The notes: a model not told the origin generated them from the letters alone. Counted from the whole stretch's first letter, positions 39,905 to 53,143 are shown. The stretch is DNA of 63,995 nt, filler included, from Ionaspis alba (GCA_964255285.1; 5 parts of 5 records of this genome joined end to end with filler, not necessarily neighbours in it); one strand, 5' to 3'. A program made the numbers and translations.

Positions 39905-40383
39905 AGTATCGGATTGCGTCCGCGCGCTGGATCGGGTGCTTGTACCCTGTGAAGGTTGCTAGAAACCAGGGGTATTCTTTGGCGATGAAGGCGTGGGATT
40001 TGGCATCCGTCCAGAGCTGTTTCCTTATATCAGCCTTGACCTTCTTCTCTCCGCCTTTCTGCTTCGTCGCGCCATTGCAGCATAGATCTGGGCACCAAAC
40101 GCACCATGTATTTGTAATCCGGATGCAGCGCCTGACACGTTCCCCAGGGCTCCTGCCACCGCTCAGGAATGCTGTCGTTGACGTAGGTTTGGTGAATTAT
40201 CTTAGGGATGTATTTGGGGAGGGCGTCGATGAGCGAGGAGTTGATAGGTGGGATGGAGGAAGGCGGGATGAAGTCTGCGGCGCCGGTTTCGAAGAGAAGG
40301 GCGATTAGTGTCGAAACGCTGTTGAGGAGGTAGAGCAGGAGGAGGAGAATTAGGGTTAGGAAGACGACGACACTCCGCCGCAT
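39905..40383 (-). CDS. SUR1: 5' part of GT32 mannosyl phosphorylinositol ceramide synthase (Sur1/Csh1-like)
   Basis: Signal anchor, then IPKIIHQTY...IPERW...LHPDYKYM|LWTD...EYPWFL..F..YKHPIQRADAIRY. Intron 40017-40104. Truncated at the scaffold end. Confidence 0.9.
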
Positions 40384-41701
40384 TGCTCTTGGAGAGAGTG
40401 TGACGATTGACGCGGGCGGGTCAGGGTTGGTATTAGTGTGGTATAGCGCTGGGTATTAGGCATTGGCTGGCATGGTGGAAACGAAGGCGCTGAAAGACTG
40501 AAGGCCGAAAAGAGTGTGTGCTTGTGTAGAATTTCTGCTTTTGTGTAAACGGCACGCGAGCAGAAACTTTTTCTATTAACGCCTGGTAACGGGTGCAGCG
40601 CACTCCAAGCCAAAGTAAGATTCTTTCGAAAGGAGTGACAGAAGCGCAAAAGAACGACAAGAGGAAAAGAAGGACGGAATTCCAAGACAACGCCAGTACC
40701 TTTTCAGGCCTCAGCTGAGGAAGAGAGCGAGGGCAGGATGACAGGAACTAGTTCAGGACGGGGAATTGGTTCGCTATGCGCTCTGCGAAGTGCGAAGCGA
40801 AGGCCGAGGGATCATCTCGGCTACATTATTGGGGTTGTCATTCGAGTAATTGTTGCTGCTGGCTGTCACTTTTCTGCAGCGCTAAGTTGAACTTATGCAG
40901 GGCATCGGATCTGATTGTGATAGGGTTGCATGTTGCTTCCTTGCACTCTGCCGAAAGATAGACGAGTATGTTTCCATGATGGTGTTCAGGTGTTACGAGG
41001 ACGGACTGATTTATGCGTTCACTTCTCATGGAGTCTACTGGATGTTAATGGTGCTATCGTGCAATCCGAGATGTCAATTTGATGGAGACATGCGCGAAAT
41101 TCTCAAGTATAGATTAGTAGGCTACCTGACGAAGCCTGTGTGTGTACTTCTATAACCAAGATATTTGAGTTGGGTCGTCTTAGAAGTCCTGTACATGGTT
41201 CAAGTACATAAAATCCGATAAACGAGACACAGAAACTCAATCTCTACTGGACATACAAGTGTTAGGATCTTGGGAAGACCTCAAACGCGACACACCAAGA
41301 GCATCAGTGGACGCGGCATACTATCAATTGGATGATGAGAAGTCAATTGCATGGTAATAGACAATTTCTTTTCGCCAAACCTTCATCTAAGAAAATGGAG
41401 CAATTCCTAATCTCCCCGTCTCCCACGCAACAACAACACAACAGAGCAGACATGGCAGTTGTTCTTCGCATACGTTCTAATTTGTTTGACCAATCGCTGT
41501 GTTCCCCATTGTCTCATCCTATCATAAAAAAGAGAAACGGGTACTCGTGGGAGTTGCCATTCCGCCTACTCGTCCACACCCACCATCAGCCTCCATTCCC
41601 TCCACCATCAGCCCTTGTCCCTTTGTGTTCGGTCGAAGCTGCATGCTCGATTAGCTCATTGCTGGAGGAATTGAAATGTTCTTGGATATTAAATACACAC
41701 C

Positions 41702-43245
<1,544 letters not shown>

Positions 43246-44279
43246 GGCGGTAGGCTGCAGAGTTAATTAGGAAAATTGAGGTTGGTGACAAAGGTCGTAG
43301 AACAGCTTGTCTACGATGAGGAAGCAGTAGGTAGAGAAACGGGGAGAGTTTGGACGTTGAATGGCGTTGGTCTTCAATACTTGTTATGCACAGGAAGTGA
43401 GAAGTAGGAAGGGTCGTCCGGTGGTTGTTAGAGGAAACTTGTGGGAGTAGCGGCAAGCGAGACTACTCTAATTTAGCTACAGCTGGAGGCAAAAGGTATA
43501 CGACAGCAAAATGGCTTCTAGTACCTAAATACCATAGCTTTCTATGAAGCGGAGAGGCTGGGACGCTTCATTATGGGGTTTCAGTACTGCTTGATGACTT
43601 CTTGGCATCATCCTGTACCCAAAAATCCCCAGGCAACTACAAAATGTACCTTTTCTAACGCGCGTCCATTGTGGCCATTCTTCCAACGCCTTACCTAAGA
43701 TGTTGGATAGGGTGTTGAGAGTAGCAAACACCGGAGGTTTGTTCAGTGATCGTGAAAGGAGAATTGCTATATAGTGTAGAGCATGCAAGGGGATTTGTAG
43801 CCTCCCATTTATTGTGCCGAATGCGGAGTATAGAGTAGAGGATTCCACTTCTGTGGCTGGTGGCAACAGCGTCCTTAACAATGTCATCGACCATGAACGC
43901 GGCAACAGCCGCCTGCCTCCAAGACTCCCTGTGTTGATCAAAGAAATCCCTGAGTCTGTGTTGCTTTACTCGTCTTGAATAAAAGCTTTAATTGGAGTCA
44001 TCGACATGAACTCAACCACTCTGTTATGACATGGTCGCTTCTCGAACATGGAAGAATCTTCGCCAAAATTGATATTCTTCTCTCTTATACAACGGGAGGA
44101 ATGGTCTATTATCTTTACTGTTCTTGATCTGATGAGTTGATTCCCAATATTCTGGTCAAGAACTGACACATGCAACCACGTCTTTCCCATTCCTAAGCCG
44201 TTGCCGTGACAAGAAGTCAGCTTACACGTCAGAAGCCGCATACCTTGCACAACCCATACCTTTCTCACATCATTCAGTT

Positions 44280-44918
44280 ATGGACCCCCAAATGAACAAT
44301 CTTCTAAAGTGGTCCATCGAGGCCTCCTCCACCGATCCTAGCAGCACCCCACGACAACCCTCCCGTCCGATTGATCCCGCCGCCCTTCAAGCTCTCTTCG
44401 GCGGTCCCTCCGATGCCGACCTAATGAAGCAATCCATCACCGTCATCCAAAACCCCGCCTCGAGCATCGAAGCCAAATTAACCGCCTTCGATAACTTCGA
44501 ACAAATGATTGAGTCTATCGACAACGCCAACAACCTCGAGTCGTTGGGATTATGGACGCCACTGATCAAGCTACTCGAGGATGAAGAGCATGAGTTGAGG
44601 AGGATGGCGGCTTGGTGCGTGGGTACGGCGGTGCAGAACAATCCGAAGAGTCAGGAGCGGGCGTTGGTCGTGGGCGCGGTGCCGGCACTAATCGGGCTGG
44701 CGACAGGGCGAGAGGAGGGGGAGGGAGTTAGAAGAAAGGCGACGTATGCGTTGAGCAGTTTGATGAGGAATTTCCAGAGAGGAGTAGATGAGGTCTTGAG
44801 GAATTTGCCGCAGGGTGCGAAAGGAAACGAGAAGGTAGAGGCTGGGGATATGGATGCTGTTGATAAATTAGTGGAGAGGATAAGGAAGGAGGGGGCCAAC
44901 ACGGAGGTGCGTCAGTGA
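44280..44918 (+). CDS. FES1: Hsp70 nucleotide exchange factor Fes1
   Basis: MNNLLKWSIE...AFDNFEQMIESIDNANNL...RMAAWCVGTAVQNNPKSQ...VRRKATYALSS. Confidence 0.95.
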   Translation: MDPQMNNLLKWSIEASSTDPSSTPRQPSRPIDPAALQALFGGPSDADLMKQSITVIQNPASSIEAKLTAFDNFEQMIESIDNANNLESLGLWTPLIKLLEDEEHELRRMAAWCVGTAVQNNPKSQERALVVGAVPALIGLATGREEGEGVRRKATYALSSLMRNFQRGVDEVLRNLPQGAKGNEKVEAGDMDAVDKLVERIRKEGANTEVRQ

Positions 44919-45201
44919 GCGATAGAGAGAGCTTTGTGGGATAGCGATAGATTTTTGATCTTGCAGGAAACGAGGCAGATATCGCTAGACTGTTGTCATC
45001 CTATTCCGCTATGTGAAGCAGCGTTTCATGAAGAAAGATACGCACTTTGATCCTACAACCGTAGTCTTCCATTTCAATCGTGTCGTAACTGCTATGATCC
45101 CAACCACACTATGCTTTCTAAACGCCTCTCTATGCAACAAAAAGTAGACCAAGCCAACATGCTACCCAATGCGATTTCAACAACGCCAACATCACATACT
45201 G

Positions 45202-46074
45202 TCACCGTACCTCCGGCGCGGCAGCAGCAACTATATCATTATCGATCGGCGTCTCATCCGACTCCGCCGGCGGTCCCTCAAAAATCCTGGTCCACCACCT
45301 TGGCGGGTCGAATGGTCGGGAACCGTTGTGCAGCGGTGGATAGACATCGTTGAAGAAGTACCATACTGAAAACGCCCCTTTAATTAGTAAATCTCTCCTA
45401 TATAATGACTTAAGCGTTGGGAAGAACCACATACCATGTCCAACAATAACCCCACAGATCTCATCATTCGGTATCTTGCCATGCAGCACCCAACTGAACG
45501 CCATCAACACCCAAGGCAAATACGGCGCCGTAAAGACCAGCAGCCCCAAGAAGCTCAGTCGCGTGTCCCGATTCCGCCGCGACCAGATGTAGACTAAGCT
45601 ACTGCTGAGCGCCGAGCCAAGGAAATGTATAGATAGAAGCGGCGAAAGACACAACAGAGTCGTAGTCGCATACAACAGCAACCAGGAATAATGCGCCGGC
45701 GACCTCCCCGAAGATTCCTCCAACAACCTCGAGTAGCGCTGCAGGAAGAAGACGTGGAAGAGGAGATCAAGCGACAGAGGGCCGAAATACAAGAACGTCG
45801 TCAACAGCCTCCAATACTAAGCCCATTGTCAGCCATTTCCCCAGCATCAGAGATGTCAGGTGTTTGTGCGCACCTGGTTCTTGACAAACACAACCCTAAA
45901 GCCATAAAATAGTTGAAACGGCGTCACGATCTTGCATTGTACCAGTATGGACGTCGCGACTGTGGCTGTCGTCCACCACCGCGTGCAGACGGGCATTTCG
46001 TAGAACCATTGCTCGAGTGGGAATTGGCCAACGGCACCACCGAGGCCACCGGCGAGCATGTTGTCCATGTCCAT
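45202..46074 (-). CDS. DER1: Derlin (ERAD membrane protein)
   Basis: Exons 46074-45874, 45816-45435, 45365-45202. QYWRLLTTFLYFG, RYSRLLEE, YIWSRRN, APYLPWV, GHVWYFFNDVYP. Confidence 0.95.
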
Positions 46075-46783
46075 TGTGAGGGGAGTTGAGGGAGGGAGGA
46101 CGGTGAGGCCAAGTGGCCAAGTGGCCTGGATGGTGGGGGACGGTGTCGCTGGATTTGGCAGAGTAGTCGGATGGCAATGGGAGGGTGAATTTGACCAGAT
46201 GTTCCTCCCAATACTGCTGTATCTGCCACTAAGGTCAAAGAAATTGTTGATTTGGTTGATGTAGTAGAATTATTGAGGAGCCGCAACCGTTGACCCATGC
46301 GCAATTCAAGATACGGACCCTTGTTTTACCGCTGTTGCCGCCGGGCTTGGCGCTTCATGACAGCATCGTAGTATCTGTCATAACTCCCTCTCATTCTCTA
46401 CAACGAAAAGCAGCCTACAATGGCGGTAGCGCTGGGTTCTCAGAACATTCTCCGTCTTCTATCGGAGAAGGTTGTGTAAAGAGCGCCGTACGGCGTCTAA
46501 ATTGTGGTAGAGGATTTGATGATTTTTTTTGTGACACATTGATATACAACTATAAGGGAACATGATGCACTCAATCTGGCATTGTGCATGTCTGAGCAAG
46601 CCGCTCACTTCTCCTGGTCTTGCGATACTCGGACCTCCTCATACCGTTGAGAATCTGTGGTTGTCCATCACTGTTAGCACGAGATTGGGTTGTTATGAGG
46701 AGATACTATAGTTGAGATTGTATACGATTTTGCTCGCAAACGAACTAACAGAAAAGTGTCGACTCCGATGCAATTCCATCAAA

Positions 46784-48310
46784 TCATTCGAACGAGACAT
46801 AGTCAGGCACAAGTCTTGTCTCAACTACGTGAGATCTATACCGTGGTTTCCCCATTTGGTCAACGAGAGCTTTCATCTGCCGCTCCTCTTCCTTCTTCTT
46901 CTCCCTCAGGGGTTCCACTGCCAGCCTGATATCGTCGATGACTTTCGGGAGCTGTTCTCCCGTGCCCTGGCTTGTTTTTAAGTGCCCCCCACCGATCTCC
47001 GACCCTGCAACCTCAAGGCTGTCCTCGATTCTGTTCAATCCGTCCAGGATTATACGTAAGGTATGTTCTACTGTCCTCCATTCGCCGCCGACACGATCAA
47101 CCAATTCTTCGTCCCTCGACGGCATGTTGACCAGCTTTGCGAAAAACCGCAAAACTCTGTTATTGGGTTCTAAGTGAATCCGCTGCTTTTTGAACAGACG
47201 ATCGACCAATTGAATCGAACTCTCGGTATCCTTGACATGTTGGTGCAGCTTCTCTCCCAAGTCTCGAAGCGTGATTATCTCGTCCTTCAAGTCCTGGAAA
47301 TGTTTCTCAAATACAATGGCGCTTGCTTCAGCAAGATTCCATGTAGGCTTGCTGTGCAGCCCCAAGGGGTATAGCAGGACTTGGTCCCAGGTGTATAGTT
47401 TGTGGTCTTCTTCTTTCTTAATTATCTCCTTCAGCTCGTCCGTTACTCGGTCTATGGCATGAATCATCTGTTGGACCCATTTGCTAACACTGTACATGTA
47501 CTTGGTCAGATCTCTCGAACCGGTTTTGCTGACCTTGCTGATACCCCAAAGCTGCGACGAAAGATCCTTTTTATAAAGGAGATCAGATTCTTCGACAGCC
47601 ACAGCGAGAGAACGAAGACTGCTCCAAGACTCCAGCATGGCATAAGGCATGTTTTCTATCGTCATGACATGTTCCAGTATCAACTGTGTGTTGCGAGTGT
47701 TATATTTGATCTGCTCGTCCGCTGAGACAGAAGTGCCGATCCTCGAGGTAGAGTCAACTCCGCATATAGTGAGGCCGTTGTTGGTAGCATAGCATACTGA
47801 GGCCTTCAATATGTATTGACTGGACACAGCCTCTGAAATCCAATCCCAGCAAGCACCGCCGATGTAAAACAAAAGGTACCAGGTAATGATGATGGCGAAT
47901 GGCGTGCGACAGTAATTGAGCATAAAATGATACAAGACCTTCAAGACTTCTTTGATTAGATAGAACGTCTCTGCTGCTGTGTCTGTGAGGAAAGACAACA
48001 GGGTTTTCAATGCTCCCTCAATGTCAGCCCTCAAAGGAGCAAAAATTGTCTCGATGCGATTGTAAAGAGCGAGTCTTGTTCTTGTAGACCAGCTTGAAAC
48101 CCTTGATGTCGAAGATGATTGTGGTGTAGAACCAAGAAGCTGAGAAGTCTCTGGAAGGTCTATATGACGTGAGCTGTCTGGTGTCGGAATAAACGCGTAG
48201 GTTGACTTAGTCGCATTTCTGGTCGATCGCTTCCGCATGTCTGAATCGATCACTGTCGACTCGAGACGCTGTTTGTCTCCTGACAACAAAGGAGTGTCGG
48301 CGGCAGCCAT
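46784..48310 (-). CDS. Hypothetical single-pass membrane protein with long coiled-coil region (508 aa)
   Basis: Intronless 1.5-kb ORF. Hydrophobic stretch PFAIIITWYLLFYIGGACW followed by heptad-rich helices. Confidence 0.8.
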   Translation of the reverse strand: MAAADTPLLSGDKQRLESTVIDSDMRKRSTRNATKSTYAFIPTPDSSRHIDLPETSQLLGSTPQSSSTSRVSSWSTRTRLALYNRIETIFAPLRADIEGALKTLLSFLTDTAAETFYLIKEVLKVLYHFMLNYCRTPFAIIITWYLLFYIGGACWDWISEAVSSQYILKASVCYATNNGLTICGVDSTSRIGTSVSADEQIKYNTRNTQLILEHVMTIENMPYAMLESWSSLRSLAVAVEESDLLYKKDLSSQLWGISKVSKTGSRDLTKYMYSVSKWVQQMIHAIDRVTDELKEIIKKEEDHKLYTWDQVLLYPLGLHSKPTWNLAEASAIVFEKHFQDLKDEIITLRDLGEKLHQHVKDTESSIQLVDRLFKKQRIHLEPNNRVLRFFAKLVNMPSRDEELVDRVGGEWRTVEHTLRIILDGLNRIEDSLEVAGSEIGGGHLKTSQGTGEQLPKVIDDIRLAVEPLREKKKEEERQMKALVDQMGKPRYRSHVVETRLVPDYVSFE

Positions 48311-49688
48311 CACTTCATGAAATCTACTCGGTCTAGGATTCTGAAATTTGCAAAGATAGATACCGCAGGTGTATTCACTTATGTGCGAACAGATCGGACC
48401 GAACGAGCCAAAAGACTGGGAAAGAAAGTAGAGGAAATTGAGGGGTAGCAGAAGCCTTTATCTTCGGCCGTGTCTGGTTAACTTAATACAAAGACCTGCG
48501 ATAAGACAATTCAGACAAGCCGGTGGGGGAAAACCACTTAGCTACTTCCGGGAAAAGGCGCTATATTGTGAGCCAGCAGAACTTACATACTCACCAGGAT
48601 CTTAGCAACAGATTCATGCCTGTGCGGACATATAATACTTCGATCGGCTACATCCCTTCACTGTGCCGCTAAGAGACTTGGTGGTGAGAATGTGGTGTAT
48701 CACTCTTTCAGCCTCTCGAGCCGGGTGTGACTTAGCGCCCTAGTTCCGGGTTGTCCCGCCCCTTGTCATCTGGAATGAGAGTGAAAGTGCTCAGAGGTGC
48801 CACCGAATTCGTTCCCGGAACCTGTTTGCCAGGATAGTTGGCTAGCAAGAGTCAGTCTTTGGTGGCAGCAAGGGTGGTGAGCTCTGTGGTCGTCACGCGT
48901 GTATGTTCCGGGGACGAGTTTACTACCCCTGCCTCGACTACTAGTTATACGGGAGCTAAGCCCGAGGCGCGGTTGCGATGTTCGCTGCACCGCAAAACTG
49001 ACTAATCGCACTCTCTTCAAAATGTCACCTGTGAAGAAAATCCAGAAAACTGCCAAACTTATCTTTACTTAATTGATTATATCTAGATTCAAACGGAGAT
49101 CGCTTCTGTGATTTATTGAGGGAATTGGAGGATATTTTAATGATATTAATTTATGCTTGGTGCGTGGAGGGCGGGTATTGCGGTGCTCCGAAGATTGCAA
49201 TCGCGCCTCGGCCGTCAAAGCATCATGCTGCATTTTCAAGACATGGTTGTAAGACACACCAAGGGAGGATGATACATGATTATTCCAGTATCAACGCGTC
49301 ACGTGAAGTGGCAGCTTGACCCTCCGATTTTGAACGAGTCTTCGAGTCGCTAGAGTAAATGCAGCGCTTGACAACAGAAATGATACACGAGAGGGTAACG
49401 GCCCGACGATCGTGCATCTTTCGAGAATGTCGGAATGCTGGGTGAATCTAGATGGAATCAGAAGTTCTCGGTGGACTAATTCACTGAACCACCTTCGATG
49501 TTTCCCTTCGTTCTCTCAGGTGTGTGGCCGAAACCCTGAGACTTTAGCAAGTTATTCTTGAGTCAACGATGATCAGAACTCCGCAAGTTGCCGCTGGAAG
49601 GGACAGTGAAAGCTCTCTGCTAGGAATTTCGTGCTCCTGTACGACCCAGTTTACTTTGATATACTGCATATATGCCCAATCCTCAGCA

Positions 49689-50802
49689 CTACTTTGATTT
49701 CCTGTTCTCTCGCAAATTCTGAACCCCCTTCCTTACTCCTTCTTCCAAACTCACTTTTGGCACATACCCAAACCTCTCCCTTGCCTTTTCAATCGAAAAC
49801 GTCTTCTCCGTGGACAAATTGTCCATAGTAGCTGTTGTGAACTTCAATGGTTTTCGCCTACCAAAGCTAATTGCCCAGACAATCTTCTCAGTCACAACCG
49901 CCATCGCTCTTGCCAACCACATTGGGATGACCCACACGCTCTCCAATCTCGTCTCATCCCCCGCTGCCCGCCAGACCAAGCGCACGAAATCCCAGAACAT
50001 CATCGGCTGTCCGTTCGTGATGAAAAAGGCTTCCCCAGCTACCTTTGGCGCGGTACCGCTCTGGTCCTCTGCCTCCCGCACCATGGCCAATGCTAGCTGT
50101 ACGTGCGCATCCGCAACATTGCCTGCATACACGAAGTCAAACTTGGTTTTGTTGGGTCCAATCTCGATGCCTTGAGATCCCTCATCCAGAGTGGCAAGCA
50201 TTGCAGGGAGGATCGTGCTATCACCCTCGCCTACGATACCACAGGGTCGGAGGACAGCGGTTCGTAGTGGATTTGAGCCGTCGGTGGGGTGGGGGTTATT
50301 GCTTGCGAGGACGAGAGCGTCAGCTCGAGCTTTTGCGGCACTGTAGGCATCACTACGGTCGGTTGGGCCGAGAAGATGAGCTTGACCTTCCGTGAGAAGT
50401 GTAAAGGGCGCGCCGCCAATCACTGTTGTTGAGGAACAGTAGATGAGATGACGGACCGAGGGCGTCGAGCTGGCACAGGCGAGGATGTTTTTGGTGCCTA
50501 TGACCGTGGTTGATTCCTGATGGCTGAGATTCGAGACTAAGGGGGAGGCAGTGGTGATGATCATGTGAGGCTTGATGATCTCCAGGATGGTAAGAAGGGC
50601 ACTGTGAGAGCTAATGTCGCAGGCATGATATGTGACATTGGGAAACAGGTTCTGGGTGGGTGTGCGACTGATAACGGCCACTGTAGAGTGAGCTGGGTGA
50701 TCTAGCAAAGCTCGCACAATGTGGTGGCCAACAAAGCCACAACCACCAATCGACCGTGCCAAGGCTTTCGGAGTTTGAAACGGACAGATCTTGGGTTGCC
50801 AT
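49689..50802 (-). pseudogene. ERG26-like 3-beta-hydroxysteroid dehydrogenase/decarboxylase, frameshifted near the start
   Basis: GGCGFVG Rossmann motif, YSAAK catalytic motif, LRPCGIVGEGD, FDFVYAGNVADAH, AGEAFFITNGQP, FSIEKARERFGYVP. The ATG-50802 frame (MATQDLSVSNSESLGTV) is one base out of frame with IGGCG at ~50751. Confidence 0.8.
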
Positions 50803-51205
50803 TTTTGGATTTGGCCGGAGTCCTTTGATAGAAGAGATGTCGAAGCATATTATCTAAGGCGTACTTTTCGATGTGAGGCTACCAATTTGCTGTGCCAACA
50901 AGGCAGTAGTTGCCCAATAGGTTATGCCCCGCGGTAGAGGCTGGTCAGCCGCCGTGCATGCATTTGCATGCAGGCGCCCTTGTGCCTAGTGTACTACTTC
51001 CGTGCATGCTATTCATCAGCTACAAATTGAACACGGAGTGCCCTGGCAATGAGAACCATTAAGTGGTTGTAGGATTCAATTAGGGCAATGGCGGTAACAA
51101 AGCTCGGTATAGGTTTTTCACACCGAGCCTTCAGGGCACTACTTAGACGTTCACTTCTCTGGTATATCAATATGGGCAAGATTAATAGCATCGCATTCCT
51201 CAATC

Positions 51206-52602
51206 ATGACGTTCAGTATGTTTGGCATTGGTTTCATGTCTCAAATTGTTCCGATTGCTTGTGCAATCTGCTTTGCTCTCGTTGGAGTTGCCCTGGCTAT
51301 CCTGCTCTGGCTTGATAGCAAGATATTCGTGCCCTCATATCCTGACTCTCCGGTGTAGGTGTCTACAATTTGTTGAGGATCAGAAATCTCCAAGTTCTCC
51401 GACTAAATATTATTACAGTTTAATCTCGAAATAGAAACGACACGGTCATGGTTTCGTCGCTGGGTCGCGAGCAAGAAATACCTCCTTCAAGGCAGAGCCA
51501 TGGTTCCGGTCTCTTATGTAAGTCATTATAGGATGCTGTTCTAGCGAATTCCACTAGTTTATGTGCTCGAAGATGTCTGGAAAAACCTATATGTTACCTA
51601 TCCTCAGGCAGTATTATGTCTTTGTGTCATCGGACAAGCACATCAAGGAGTACACCACATCGAGGAGTCTTGACTTGCATACGGCATATGACGATGTGAG
51701 TTAAATACTCAATTTGTCCTTTTTCGCTGATCTAACAGCCATATTGATGTTTGCGTTCCGGTACAACAAGCTGTGGTGAGATGGGAAGGGAAAATGTGCT
51801 TGCCAACCACATTCTGTTGTTCCGGGTCATTCGAGGGAGCCTCACAACGAGGCTCCCTGTCTTGTACCGCCATGGACGCGATACTATATCGAATGGATTT
51901 GCGGACTATCTCAAAAAGAACTCGATCTCTATCGAAGGTAAGGAGACGATCAGAACGCACCCATTGGACGGCGGTAGGTTCTATCCACGTTGTCATGCTT
52001 CGTCCGGCCAACCGCTAAGCGCAATGTACAACCCGTAGTATCCACGCGAAGAAAAGCGATACGACCTTTCACATTCTCTGATGGAGGCCCTCATGTTCCT
52101 ATTGGAAATGTGGTTTGCATTCCCTCATACAACGCAATGAATGATTCAGCAAATTATTCCAATCCTAGTGTCTTCGACGGTTTCCGATTTGTCACCAAAT
52201 CCGAGGAAGTTGGGGTTGGATGTCAAGCTGCCACAAAGCAAACCAATAAAGTTTCAGATGTGAGCACAACCTTCCTATTCTGGGGCTATGGTAAAGAAGC
52301 ATGGTCACTCACTGCTAATCCGGAAACGGAACTATCTCGTAATATCCAGACACTGATTATAGCACAGTCCCGGGAGATTCTATGCCACATTCGAGATGAA
52401 GTTGATTCTGGCCCACTTCGTCAGCAAGTATGATTTCCAGCTAGCCAACAAGACGGGCAAGAAGGAATGGCTTTGGCGTAGTTTTGCTCTGCCGCTACAA
52501 GGAGTTGAGATGTGGATGCGGGAGCGGGAGAACCAGCATTGGTACGGGACTCCTTTGAGATCTTCGCGCCTACACGCTTCATGTTTCTGGATAGCTATGT
52601 GA
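51206..52602 (+). pseudogene. Cytochrome P450 remnant with large internal deletion
   Basis: N-terminal membrane anchor (MTFSMFGIG...ALVGVALAILLWL). Early segments YVFVSSDKHIKE and RVIRGSLTTRLPVLY. Late segments RRKAIRPFTFSDG, FDGFRF and heme motif WGYGKEAC|PGRFYA (intron 52304-52367). I-helix and EXXR are absent, and there is a frameshift near 51765. Confidence 0.85.
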
Positions 52603-52786
52603 TTGGGTATCATAACAGTTGTAGTACCAGATTCTCTAAGATCGAGCATCTTGAGGCTCAGCAGCGTAAACATCGTGCAAGACTGCTTCCGTAGGTTTGC
52701 TTGAAGCGAGGACAACATTTCCATGGACTGGAATGATCTATTCGCCAGCTTCTCATAAAACGTCAACCTCCGCTCGAGGCGCATAA

Positions 52787-52945
52787 CCGTGTTTCGTTGC
52801 CGCTACACATTTAGCATAATCCCTAAAGAACAGGGGAGCCTTGGGGAGGGTCCCACCTGGGTTTTTCCACCCCACAACTTCGAATCGGGACCAGGGTGCT
52901 CTCTCCTTAGGATTGTTCTAATTGTTTAGCGGCAACGAAACGTGG
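52787..52945. mobile_element. MITE-like element (~160 bp) with terminal inverted repeats
   Basis: GTTTCGTTGCCGCTA (52791-52805) and TAGCGGCAACGAAAC (52927-52941) are perfect 15-bp inverted repeats that extend imperfectly to ~40 bp. No clear target-site duplication. Confidence 0.6.
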
Positions 52946-53043
52946 ACATACGCCTCGGTCTTCGGCCCAAACTTTTCGCCGAGCCACGGCTTCGTATATC
53001 CACATTAATCGAGATCCAACACCTGCAGGCTGAAAACCCATGC

Positions 53044-53143
53044 NNNNNNNNNNNNNNNNNNNNNNNNNNNNNNNNNNNNNNNNNNNNTTAATTAATTAAN
53101 NNNNNNNNNNNNNNNNNNNNNNNNNNNNNNNNNNNNNNNNNNN
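53044..53143. other. Artificial scaffold linker N44-TTAATTAATTAA-N44
   Basis: Same structure as the other linkers. Confidence 0.98.

Noticed and set aside
38190..40383. Linkage of the HypA-like gene with SUR1, or of any genes across TTAATTAATTAA linkers
   Set aside because: The linkers are artificial joins between separate scaffolds.
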